Source: Massalongia carnosa (Eukaryota). From it: a stretch of DNA of 64,000 bases. Under the pieces are notes generated by a model. That model had not been told where the DNA came from. It did no database searches and was given only the letters and a program-made list of their open reading frames with translations. Below, in pieces: positions 1 to 12,564 of this stretch (the first letter of the stretch is position 1; each line of letters opens with the position of its first letter). The DNA lies in assembly GCA_965645245.1 (NCBI GenBank), contig OZ287069.1:1922001-1986000 (forward strand). The letters run 5' to 3'. The translations under genes and the position numbers were made by a program.

Positions 1-2346
1 CCAGTCGTCGGCATCAAACCGCTACTCAGACTTCACCAGACGCAGCAGTAAGGGTTCCAGAGAGGGCTCCAGAGCGGGCGCAAACTCCTCTAGAATGCGC
101 AGATGAGAGGCAGCTTACGGATGAAGATGACCTCGACGAAAGCAATGCGCTGGACGCGATTGTAGATGATCTTGAAGATGGCATGGAGACTGACAGTTTA
201 CCAGACCCGACCGCTGTTAACATGGAAGTGGCTCCAACTGGTAAAGTTACTGCCAGAAAGGAGGACGGGACCCGAATATCCACTCCATCTCAAGCTATGG
301 CATCTGTGAATGCTTCTCTTTCCTCACATAGTCGGGAATTATTGGCCGCTGGCCTGAATCCTGCCTTGGCAAATCGTGCGATGTCTTATGCAGCAGCTCT
401 TCAAGCGATACCGCAAGACTGGCACATTGAGTTCAGCCTCGATGGTCAAGTTATTCCAAATGATACCACCATATATGCGGCAGTCCATTTTAATAAAGTC
501 CAACAAACCGAACCTATGCTACGGAATGTCTGGTCTGCCATCCACACCATCAAATTCAAGCGAGTATCCGGTCCACCACCATCAGAGTCCTCGTCTCCCC
601 TGCCCCCTCCCGACCAATTTTCTGCGACGTCTTCTGTTATGCCAATTTCGCTGCATGAACATCCGGCAACATCGACAATACTGTGCCTGCTGAACATACT
701 TCATGACCTAAACGCTAATTTGGATGATGTGCTGGACGAGAGTAAAGAAGTGATCAAGTTGAGCGCTGAGCCAGTAGCTCAGTTTATCAACACAAAACTT
801 ACAGCTAAACTCAATCGGCAGCTCGAGGAGCCACTCATCGTCGCCAGCAAATGTCTTCCTAGCTGGAGTGAAGATCTCGCGCGTTTCTATCCTTTTCTAT
901 TTCCTTTCGAAACCAGACATCTCTTTCTTCAATCAACCTCATTTGGTTATATGCGCTCCTTGTCTAGATGGCAGAGCGCTCAATCTCTCGATGAAGCACG
1001 TCGTGATCGTCACCGTGAGGACCGTCCTTTCCTTCCTAAGCTACAGCGACAGAAGGTTCGTATTTCCCGGACTAGGATTCTCGAGTCTGCTGTTAAGGTT
1101 ATGGAACTGTATGGCGCCTCGCCCAGCGTGTTAGAGGTTGAATACTTTGAAGAGGTTGGTACGGGCTTAGGACCTACATTGGAGTTCTACTCCACAGTCT
1201 CTAAGGAATTTTCGAAAAAGAAAATAAGTCTGTGGCGCGAAAATGATGCTAATCCTGACGATGAATATGCATTTGGTAAACTTGGATTGTTCCCCGCTCC
1301 AATGAGCCCAGAGCAAGCAGAGACCGAAGCCGGCAAGAAGGTCCTTCATCTCTTTAAGATGCTCGGAAAGTTTATCGCACGATCCATGTTAGACTCCAGA
1401 ATTATTGATGTATCGCTCAATCCAACCTTTTTCCGTATTGGCAATCATCCCAGCACGGTCCCTCTCTCCCTCGGAGCAGTCAAGACTGTTGACAGTCATC
1501 TAGCTAAATCTTTGATGCTTGTCAAGCAGTTTGCTTTCGCAAAGAAGAAGATCGATCGGATTGTTTCTCTCTCTGCCGCCCAAAAAGCCCGTGCTATTTC
1601 GGAAATCGAGGTTCATGAGGTTCGAATAGAATCTCTTAGCCTTGATTTCACACTTCCAGGATATCCCGAAATAGAGCTAGTTAAAGATGGAGGGAATATA
1701 TCGGTCACAAACGACAACGTTGGAAGTTATGTCGAGAAAGTCATCGATATGACACTGGGCAGCGGTGTGCAGCGGCAGGTTGAGGCATTTCGAATCGGAT
1801 TTTCCCAAGTATTTCCTTATTCAGCCCTCAAGGCCTTTACACCAAACGAGCTAGTGATGCTTTTTGGAAGGGTTGAGGAGGATTGGACCCTTGAAAGTAA
1901 GTTAATTCTCCTCAAATTTTGGTTGGCGCTAATACAGATTCTTCAGCACTTCTGGATTCAATCAAAGCCGATCATGGCTTCAACATGGACAGCAAGAGTG
2001 TTCGAAATTTGCTACAAACCATGAGTGAATTATCCCCATCCCAGAGACGCAATTTCCTCCAATTCGTTACGGGAAGCCCAAAATTGCCTATTGGTGGTAA
2101 GTTTTGCCCTCTGTTCAAACAGCCTGTATTGCTTACACTGCACATCTAGGCTTCAAGAGCTTGACCCCGATGTTCACCGTGGTCTGCAAGCCGAGCGAGC
2201 CGCCTTATACCTCAGACGACTTCTTGATCTCCGTGATGACTTGTGCGAACTATGTAAAGCTTCCGGACTACACCAATATTGAAATCCTCCGCAAGAGACT
2301 ATTGACTGCCATCGAAGAAGGCCAAGGCGCGTTTCATTTGTCATGA
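1..2346 (+). CDS. UFD4: HECT E3 ubiquitin ligase, Ufd4/TRIP12 family (5' end lies outside the window)
   Basis: Frame is open from the window start. Motifs [32 protein letters not shown] and [20 protein letters not shown] (HECT catalytic Cys). Introns 1897-1946 and 2097-2149 join three ORF pieces; TGA at 2344-2346. Confidence 0.92.
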
Positions 2347-2831
2347 GGGATTTCGTTGTTGTCGGCCCCCTAGCGTTCTGTTTCTTAATCACCAACGAAA
2401 GTCGAGAAAAGGTCAGCATCTCCCTACCATGGACTACCCGAGTCTGCAAATCAGGGGGTAGGTTAGGAAGAAGGAACGGTGGCAGATGAATTAGGTTTGT
2501 GCTATACAGCTTATCTACTTTTGTGCTTCTCCTTTGTCTTAACATACCAGAAATGTTTTTGCATTTTACTTGCTCAGCCAGGTCGACCCCCATACGTGTT
2601 TTACGATGCATCCAGGGAAGTTTAGGCGAATAGGCTACTATAGAATTGGCGGTCGGCTAGTAGTATGCTCTAACTAAAAAATGATGCGACTCAAGTTGTG
2701 GGCTACGTTGTAGATCTTTGCTCTGTGTCTCCTTTATCACCCGCCTGCCTTACGTACTCCTCACGTGCTCTCTCGGAGCCTGTGTCTGAGTTCTCCCAAA
2801 AAGGCAATCCGGCATGTTAGCGGTTTGACTA

Positions 2832-4769
2832 ACCGTGCGACCGAGGTAAATCCGATGGACCGCACCCGAGCGGAGCTCGGGGTGCGGTTCACCTCCATGA
2901 CGCTATCTTTTCCATGACGCATTTCTCAAACTATTTACATTATATCCATTGATTGACCCTTTCAAAATGAAGCTATTCAAAATCAAAGGCTGACGTTCAT
3001 CTATCCAGCTTTCGGCCTTTTTACCCACCAAGCCAAACCGTTTAGCTATCGCTTTTCCATAGAGAAATATTTTCTTTTGTCTAGCCATCTCAGCACGGTT
3101 TTGACGACCCTCCTCCCTTTCCACCTCTTCTTGGGTACGATGTAGGTGATTGTGCCTCACATCTCGAACGGTAACGATTCCTCCCTTCTGAACAACGGTG
3201 CCAGCAAGCTTTTTTCGGGCCCTTTTAGCCTTGCAGCTGTATGTGTGGCTTGCAAGTCGCGTTGCGTCAATTCTAGTAAATTAGCATTTGCAACCGACCC
3301 TTTGATAAAACGTCGCATTCTTTCGGGAGTAATTTCTTCATTATTATTCCTTCGTTGAATAATGGTTTCCCCTTCCTTAGCAACGTCTTTGGGCTTTTTG
3401 GGGGTATGAGGTAGGATTATTGTCCCCGAAGATGATATTGGTAGTGGTGGTAATGCCGGATTTAAAGCACGAATTTTGGTCAAGACTACCTCCGGATTGT
3501 AAGGTATCAACCCAGTTTTTTCCCAGGCTGATTTGATAGTAGATGATTTGAATGCCTTTGTACGAAATTGATTGAATGCGGCCAGAAAATCCAGACGATT
3601 GAAGTCAACGTCACCCAACCGAATGGCGTTGTCAACCGCTTCAGCATGAGAATGTTTCATTGGCTGAAAAACACCAACGTCCAATGGCTGCGTCAAATGG
3701 GTTGAATGGGGGGGTAATCTGAATAAACAGATCTTATTTTCTTTCGAATATTCCCAAAATTCGTACGTTAGATGAGATCAATATCCATCCAACAAAAGAA
3801 GCCTAAACGCTCCTTTTTGAACCTTTTTTGAATGAGCATTAAAATGCTTTAACCACTCTAATGCTAGAAATCATTCGAATAGCCGCTATCGCTTGTAGTC
3901 AACACGATATCATCTTTCAAATCATTCTCTAAGGCCCATCTGTGAAGTATGTTGACCTTTTCATATCAAAAAGGATGGAACGCTTCCCCCAACTCCATTG
4001 ATGCATTCGACCGAAGTTATATAGTCTCGATTGTCTGGATCAGCAATCATAATTCGTTTATGTGATGATAGTGTCACTACTAAATGGGTTACCCCACAGC
4101 CAACTCGAAAGCCTGTCTCATCCATATTCCATATATCATCTGAAGTTATACCAAAAAAGGCTACAGTCGATTGAAATGAAGAGAAATAAGTTTGAATATC
4201 CGTAACATTGTGAGCGTTTTTCCTTTCGGCTGCTAATGGCTTGCCTTTTTGCATGAAAAATCGGGGATTTCTTTTCAAGAATCGTCCGGTCCAGCATTTT
4301 CCTACGCGGGTGAGAGAAGATGAAGACGAGGAAGGATGTTGCAATTGCAACAAATAATTAGCTGCACCGCGAATCAATGGCAATCTCATTGATAATTCAA
4401 TATCATCAAGAAATTCAATATACTCCTTCAGGGCTAGTTCTAGTGCAGCAGACAGCCTCATATTGACTGCTTTTCGCTTGCTATATTCATGTAGTCTTCT
4501 TTGAAATAGATGAGGTGAAATATCGAATTCTTTGGCACAGGCTGCGGCTGATTTGTATGTGTTCTTTGTAAATGCATCTAAGGCCTTTGCAATGTTAGTC
4601 TCTCGTTTCTTGTACGAATCAGACATGATGTGGTTGAATAATAAATGGTTGATGATAAATGATAGAATTTTTTTAAAATGCGTCATGGAGATGATAGCGT
4701 CATGGAGGTGAGCCGCACCCCGAGCTCCGCTCGGGGTGCGGTCCATCGGATTTACCTCGGTCGTACGGT
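2832..4769 (-). mobile_element. pogo/Fot1-family DNA transposon, decayed (element A, 1938 bp)
   Basis: TIRs at 2832-2924 and 4676-4769 (ACCGT[G/A]CGACCGAGGTAAATCCGATGG...; 4 substitutions + 1 indel). TA on both flanks (2830-2831, 4770-4771). Internal transposase remnants. Confidence 0.95.
2903..4626 (-). pseudogene. Disrupted DDE (pogo/Fot1) transposase of element A
   Basis: Starts MSDSYKKRE (ATG 4626). Motifs WNMDETGF, DPDNRDYITSVECI, LLLLDGY*SH and HSTHLTQPLDVGVF. Frameshifts near 3955-3963, 3870 and 3215, plus an in-frame TGA at 3778-3780. Confidence 0.9.
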
Positions 4770-4863
4770 TAACTTAAATCGTATCGGACTCGGCCCGTAT
4801 TTCGGACCGCTGTTTATTATCACCATCGATATTCCATCTTTCTCCCCATCATCTTCTCTCAAC

Positions 4864-5792
4864 ATGTCGGAAACACAGGAATTTACATACTCGGACGTCT
4901 CCTTGCATAACTCCAAAAAGGTATTCTATTTTCCCCCTCATCTCCTTCCTCCCAAAGCGCTTTCCCCCCATCTTTTATTCGGCTGACGGTTGAAACCGTT
5001 TGATCATAGGACCTTTACCTTGTCGTTCATGATAAAGTATATGACGTGAGCAGTTTCATCGATGAGCATCCGTAGGTCTTTGTTTCCCGTATTCAGCTTG
5101 TTGCCCGACCAATTCGCAGTTATCGGGAAGCTTGTATCTCTTCATGCTCAAAAACCAGATTACTTGTTCTATTCATTTATCGCAATGCGTGCTGGGGGAC
5201 CTTTCTCACGCTGACTCTTTCTCCCTGACTGCGTTGAAAACAGTGGTGGGGAAGAAGTCCTGCTCGATGCCGGCGGCCAGGATGCGACCGAGGCGTTTGA
5301 GGACGTGGGACACAGCGATGAAGCGCGGGAGATTTTGGAAGGGCTGCGCATTGGCGAGTTGAAGCGCGCTGTACGTTTTTCCGTTTCTCGTCATTTTTCC
5401 ACCCGACCTTGGCGCTTGTTTCGTAGAAGTTATCAAGCTCTCAACCCCTTCCCTCCCTCGTTGCTTATCCGGCAAAGTTCTCTGACAAATCGAAATCCAT
5501 TAACCTTTCATGTCTTTCCTTCCTCTTCTCTTCTCCTACATTTCCTTAATACTCCTCCCCCCAAACATACTTCCGATTGGGGACCCGCCGATTAACCCCC
5601 TTCCCCCCAAAACAGCCGGGCGATCCTTCCCCTACCGTTCCCCTTCCCAAATCGACATCCTCCGCCACCCCTCGAGACGGCACCGGTCTAGGCGTCGGTC
5701 TCTACGCCCTGATTCTTTTAGGCGGCGGGTTAGCGTTTGGGGCGTACAAATACTTGCAGGCGAAGGGCGGCCCGGGGGAGGGGAAAATATAA
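4864..5792 (+). CDS. CYB5: Cytochrome b5 (tail-anchored), 4 exons
   Basis: Spliced reading [69 protein letters not shown]...|PGDP...[21 protein letters not shown]. Contains the HPGG and GHS heme motifs. Introns 4921-5009, 5072-5243, 5371-5615. Confidence 0.95.
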
Positions 5793-6192
5793 AACTAGCT
5801 GTTCAAGGGAAAATGGCAGGAGGGGGGGGGGGGGGGGTTGCCCGGTGGATTTAGACAGTGGGAGAGAGAGAAGGTAGTTTTTAGAAAGGGGGGGGGGGGG
5901 AGGAAGCAATCACGGGCTGTAAGCGGTGGGAGGGGATGAGGAAGGGAACATAGAAGGGAGTTTCTTGCATTCGGATTCTCTTCTGTATTTTCTTTCTCTT
6001 CGTTATATTAGAGGAGCAGCGCTCCAAAAAGACCGGAAGGAGGAGCAGACAGGTATACAAAGCGTATACTGTAGACGTGAAATGGCATTTCCGAGCCCAA
6101 CCTAATCTTGAAATTTCGAAGGCTTGGGCCCGCGGAGGAAGGGGTGTCAATCTCTCTCGTCATCCCTCACCAACCCTAAACTAAGCCCATAA

Positions 6193-7747
6193 TCAATACT
6201 CCATGGACGCCTCAAACAAGCCCCTCAGCTGCTCCCTCTCCTCCTCTCCCCCTACCTCCTCGCTCAACCCAGGCGCCAAACTCAGCACCCTCCGCTGCGG
6301 CACCGTCCCTCCGACCAACGCGTCCAGATCCCCTCCCGAGAATCCCAGGGCACGCAGCCCCCGCGGCTGATCCCCCAAGCCGACCAAAAACGCCGCAATC
6401 GCCTCCGCCAACACCTCGCCTGCGCTCTCGCGCTTCACGCTTGCAGTGTCAACGCCAAAGGCCTCGGCGGCGGCCAGGTGACGCTCCGGGTTCGACGCGG
6501 CCGTGAAGCGGAAGACGGCGGGTGCGGTGACGGCAACGCTGACGCCGTGCGGGATTATGGGGTTGGGGTTCGTGTAGCCTGGGTGGTGGTAGGCCTTATT
6601 TTGGCTGCTGATGGGGTAGCTCATGCCGTGGCAAAGGTGCACGCCGGCGTTACCGAAGCCGACGCCCGCCAGCGTCGCGGCGAGGAGCATTTCTGACTGG
6701 GCTTCGGTATCGTCCGGGTCGCGGACCGCGCGCGGGAGGTATTTGATTGTGGAGCGGAGGGCCTGCAAGGCGAAGATGTCCGAGATGGGGTTGGCGCCCT
6801 GGTAAGCCGGGCGGGCGAGGGGGTTAGTGGGTCGGGGGGTGCGTTGGTGGTAGGGGATCGCGGTCCAGGACTCGAGGGAGTGGCAAAGGACGTCGAGGCC
6901 AGAGGAGGCATGCACGGCGGACGGCATCGTCCGCGTGTTCAAGGGGTCGCAGATGCCTAGGGTGGGCTTGAGGGCGCGGTGAGCAATTCCTGTTTTGGCC
7001 TTTTTGGACACGAGGTCGAAGATGGCAGTGCCCGTGGTTTCGGAGCCGGTACCGGCCGTGGTGGGAACGGCGATAAGGGGGAGGAGCGGTTTGTTGATTG
7101 GGAGTCCAAGTCCTAGCGGGGCGTTGACGAAGTCTAGGAACGCGCTGTTGGGGAAACAGGTGTAAAGGTTCATCAGCTTTGCCGTGTCAATTACGGATCC
7201 GCCTCCGACAGCGAGGAAAGCAGCCGGTGCATATCCCTTTGCGAATTGGATCGCTTCCTGAATGCTAGGATCTTGTTCAGCATCGAACTTGTCTGCGCCC
7301 TTGGGAGAAGTCATCTTTAGCTCACGAGCTATCCTTTGGCTCGATAATAGTCTTGTCGTACACCACGAAGTCGATGGATTCCATTGTCAGGGCTTCCACC
7401 ACCTGCTTCATGGCATCCAACTTGGCCACGTTAGAGTCCGTCACCACGCAAACCCGCCGTGCCCGCATGTTTTTGAAATCCATGCCCACTTCCTTCGTGC
7501 AGCCCGGGCCAAAGCGGATGCTGGACGCGGCCATCTCAAAGGCATATTCCTTCTGCGTGGACGAAGCGCTGGGCGTGACAAGGGATCTTTTGGCATGGTT
7601 GAGCAGAGACGGAGTGTGATGGTGGTGATGGTAGTGACTGGGGCTTGAGTGGCAGGGACAAACGGTAGGGTGATGGTATTGAATTGCACGTAGGAGACTC
7701 AACGCCCGGTTTGCTGCGGTGGGAGCAACCCTGATTGGTTGAACCAT
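6193..7747 (-). CDS. Hydroxyacid-oxoacid transhydrogenase (ADHFE1-like iron-containing ADH), probably mitochondrial
   Basis: Motifs KEYAFEMAASSIRFGPG, AVGGGSVIDTAK, PTTAGTGSETTG and GNAGVHLCHGMSYPIS. Presequence-like N-terminus. Intron 7265-7325. Confidence 0.92.
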
Positions 7748-8246
7748 ACGGGGCAGCTTCTCAGCTCAAGAGTTCTGCACGAGAAAGCCACTCTCGAAGA
7801 AAGTAGAGAATCATAAGAAAGTGCAACAACCGTTGGGTTCCTTTCCAGCCTGATGGTCTGTATACTGGCGATCCTATTAGGGGTAGTTAGCACGTGATTG
7901 TTCGAATACTTCACTTCCTAAATGATTATATGTAGTTATACCTACTCGTGGAGAGTTGATCGAGGGCCGACCGAATTCTCTGTCATAGCAGGACGACTGC
8001 TCAAAATGTGATTTGTGGTTCAATGGGGATTGGAATCTAACGGTCGGATTTTTCAATGTTGCAATTAAATCACTACATATCTGCAGCCATTAATGTTATG
8101 AAGTACATGATCAAGATCGCACAGGCTGACCTTCCTCCCACCTTTTCCTCAAAGTTTGTCCTACTCTATGCCTACAAATGTTCACGACCCTCCTTGCCCA
8201 TGTTGGAAAGGGAAGATACATTCGCACCAAAAATGGCCAACCCACA

Positions 8247-11200
8247 TTATTCCCTCCTCCCTCCGTGTCCCCCATGTCCCCCATGCCCCCCGTGTGTCCC
8301 TTTGTGCACAACTTCCAGAATGATCTCTTTCGCCTGTTCAACTCCTTCTCGACTGCCCACAATTTCAATGGCCTCGCCTTTAGCTTGATCCCGAGGGACC
8401 GCGATTTTACAGCCCGTCTGCTTTCGGATCAAGTTGATCTGGGATCCGCCTTGACCCACGATATAGCGGTAAGTCCGTGGATCAGGTAGGACGAGATAAC
8501 CGGTGGACGAATGTTGCTGGCCTAGTGATTGCGCAATTGCCTTCTCCAGAATGCTGCGTGCCTTGGAGACGTTTTCCGACGGTCCTCTCAGTATCCAAGG
8601 GATCTCTCCTTCCTCCCTATCCTCTCCGCTGGAATCGATAATCTCCCATGAGTGTTGCTCCGCGGAATCCTGGTCGTCAGTAATCAACGGAAGTGCGTCC
8701 TCATTTCTTGGCCTGGGGCGTGCGCTACCCATTAGTTTTAGCGGCGGATGCTGCCCTGCGTGATCCACTGTAACATTAAGATCGGTTCGTAAGCGACGGA
8801 AGAACTGTCCGTTATCAGAGATGGTGTGATGAATTTGTCGTGGAACTTGAACGGTCTCGCCTTCCTCATCTTTAACCAAGTTCAAGATGTGATTTCTAGC
8901 TCGTTCGACATCACTGGGCAGCCCAACCAGTTGGACTTGAGAGCGCGCAGGTCCTTGCTGGGATATTTTTGGGATGTCAATGCTGACGTTAAATTGCGAC
9001 TCCAGGTTCTTCCGCGTCTCTCCTCCCCGACCAATAAGCAAACGATGCTTCTCGGGAGCTACTTCAATAGTTGCGGTTATCTGACTATCCCGTTGTTTTA
9101 CAAATTTTTGTATTGCATCAACTAATTTCTCTACAACAGCTCGATTTCCTTCAATCTGAAGCGTATTCTCAAGGGACTCTTGACGCGGGAACCGGATAGT
9201 TCGGGCCAATTCTCGCCGGTCATCAGAGCCTCCGGCTTCAAGGACCATGCTGCGGATATTTGAGCCTTGGAAACCATTAGCTTCGAAGTCAAGGTTTTCA
9301 AAGACAACAGAAAGTACTTGCCTCCTGTGCCAATCAGAGATTTATGGTACTTTTTATCGACATTAATAGATCTTGTAATGCTATCGTCAAAAACTTTCGC
9401 TCGCTGTTCAAGGAGCTTCTTAGCCTCGTCTACTTGTTTTTTGGTACCTTTGATTTGAATTTGGGTTCGACCTGATGGGTCTGGTGCATCTCGATGACCT
9501 GGAACGTCAATCTGGGCTCCCGTGGATAATCGTATGCTCTCCATCTCACGCCCACCCTGGCCAATCAAGGATGGCAGTTGACTCTGAGCAACCGACACCG
9601 TTGAGCTATGTGAGTTGTCGATTGTCCATTGCAAAAGATTCAGCAGCTCGTCCCTAGCTTCATCAGCACCCTTCCGAGGACCCCTAATGATGACTTCATC
9701 GGGAGCTTGATGCGCCCTAGCATTTCGAGAGCCCCCCACATCGCTTGCACCATCAGCCACGGGTCTGTCGTCACTCGGAGCTTGGGCGGTTCGAGGAAAT
9801 TGAATGCGTACGCTATATCGATCCTGAAGACGATTTACCTGATTTCCTTTGGCGCCAATCATGTCCCGGTGATATTGTGGCTTAATTTTCAGGATGTGAG
9901 TTGCCTCATCCTCGAGTTTTCTGCTCAAAGAAAGTATCTTGGATTTGGCTAGGTCAGCTTTGGCTTTGGGACCTTTGATCTCGACCTTTCCGTCATTAAC
10001 TCGAATATCCACATCGTATTCCTCGCGATACTTGTTAATGTTTTCACCCTTTCGTCCAATGAGAAAGTTTGCGTATTTTTGAGGAAAGTCAAAGCTGGTG
10101 ATGTGGCCTCGCTCAAGTTCATTCTGCTTCTCGCCTTCCACGAAGGCTAGGACTTTCTCTGCAAGGTCTTCAACAATACTGCTTGGTCCGCGTAAAGTCG
10201 TTTCTTTTTCAAGCGCGGCTGCAGTCATTGTGTTTCGAGGAGGTTCTAAAGAGCCATTGAGGCTGGCAGCTTGGCCAAAATTTATTTGCACCGGTATCTT
10301 TGTTGCTGAGAGATTTGATTGTTGGGCGCTAACAAACTTTTGTACCTTTTCGCGAAATCTAGCATTATCAGAAGAAATTCGTACGCGAATAGATTTAGCT
10401 TACTTTGAGGGCACCTCAATGCTTGCGGCACCAAGCTCCTCTTGATCCTCAATAAGGCCTAGGATGTGCGCTTGAGCTTGATTAAGCATATTCTCATATT
10501 CGGCAATTTCGCTGGCCGATGGCCGCTGCCTCGGCAATTGATAATGGCTTGCTTCACACAGTTCAGAACCTTCGTAGATCAAGATAATCTCGTGTCTCTG
10601 TTCTTCTGGTTCAGGAAGAAGAAGATGTACACCAAAATCGTCCTGTATGATTTGGGCACTTTTTTGCTGCAGATGCTCATGGAAGAAAGGATCTACGTCC
10701 ACATGCCTAAGTCTGGCCGGTGGGTAAGCATTGACGAGACTCATGATATCGGAGCATGCCCGTATTGCGTTCTTTCCATCCCTTGAGTACACTTCCCAAC
10801 TCGTCGGGCTCTCCTGAGTCGTGGGTACGACGATACGAGCATCATATTGCTTTTCGAGCTGCTGAATCGCTTGACGACGTTGCAGATATCGGGTCAATGC
10901 TCGCGCATGAACCTGTGGACCCTTTGGAGCACTTGCATGTAGCCGTGCAATGTCTACACTAGACATCTGCATGATGGTTGCAAGATTCATAACCTTTTCT
11001 CTTCCAAGTTCAATCCTATCGTGAGGTCCGGTGACGGAAATAAACTCCGTATCATCCGAATCAGGAGGTAAAATGACCGCGCAGCCAGTTTCCTTAAGAA
11101 GATCGTGAAGTAACTCTCCATTTTCACCGATGATAAATTGATACTGCCCGCGAGTTATGTGCAGCTGAGAGAGTGTGATTTGACGACGGAGGTGCTCAAC

Positions 11201-12564
11201 ATGCTGCTCAATTTCGGATTTTGCTAAATGTGCGGCAAGCCTGTCACCAGAAATCCTTATGTATCTGTTTGAATCCGATATAAACTGCGGAACGGATCCA
11301 GGCGCGGGAGCTTGAGGAGGTGGCTGTTTGGACCATGTATAGTAATGCGGAATTTCCACCGTGAGTTGCCGACCATTTTCAAGAGCTTTGATACCCGATT
11401 GGTGAGGTCCAGCAATATATGGAAAGAACTCTGCAGGAATATCACGCAGACGCAAATTGACGTTAGAGGTACGTTCGTTGACGATCGCCTCAATCTCTCG
11501 TCTAGCCAGCTCTGCAGAAAGTGCGTTACCTTCAATTACTACGTCGATCATCATATCATCATCATCATCATCCCCGTCAAGCATGGATGATTCTTCAGCC
11601 TTAGGCACCTGTATGCGTGCTCCCGTTCGCTTCAAGATCCCTTGTACCACGGCACCTTGGCGACCAATGATATGGGGGCGCAGACTCATAGCTATTGGTA
11701 TCTTCACCATTTGCTGATACAAGATCAGCAATGCAAAGAGGTGCTACCTAGGGATCCTACCTTCGAGCCAATTGCGTTGGCCGTTTCCATGAGAGCTTCT
11801 TTCACAGCATCCGCAGGGCCAACGCCCTCAAAGTCGAGTGCACCGCCAGGCCCAGGTTTCATCTCAACATGAGCCTTGGACCTTTTGTTGATGCTTCGAA
11901 GCACTTCTTGGATTGGTTTCTTCAATTGGTTTCTTGGTAATAACTGAGACGGCACAAACGAGATCCTTTCCGTACTCTTCCCTGGCATTGCCAAACGAGG
12001 GTTCGAGAATCCTCGGGACTGAGATGCACTTGTAGCATTAACCACGTTAGGGGCCCAGCTGCCAAACGCTGGCGTTGATGCACGAGATGAATCATCGGTT
12101 GATTTAGACCCTTCGCTAATACTTCCATTGACACCGTGCGAAGAAAGTTTTCTGGTAGAGCTTGAGCTTTTTGCGCCCCATGCTTTGGGCACCGGTGTCT
12201 GCACTTCCAACCTTGGACCGCCCCCGAGCGCTGGGAATAACTCTTCCGATTGTGTATCAAGTGTACCGTTTGACTTGGGCTTTGTGCTTGTTGGAGATCC
12301 ATTGAGCTCTTCCCGGGCCTTTTGCTTTCCTGCAGCCTTTTCGGATACCGCCTTTTCAGGTGGCGATGGCGTGGAGGAAGACATGTCGTCAGACAACGTG
12401 TCCATTGACGGAGGCGGATGCATGATGTCTTCCTCGTCAGCCACGTCTTCAATGGTAGCACGATGAGAAGCATCGGCTTTGTGCTTTTGCTGAAGCCTTT
12501 GAGCCGGGGTCATGTCTATAGAATTACTCGAATCCGCTTCATTGCTAGCAGCCTCGGAAGCCAT
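8247..12564 (-). CDS. SCP160: Multi-KH-domain RNA-binding protein, vigilin/Scp160 family
   Basis: Many IIGxxG KH motifs (HIIGRQG, FLIGRKG, MIGAKG, LIGQGG, LIGRGG, IVGQGG) and N-terminal LDTQSEELFPALGG. Four long ORF pieces separated by short introns near 11.7, 10.35-10.40 and 9.27-9.32 kb. Confidence 0.9.
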
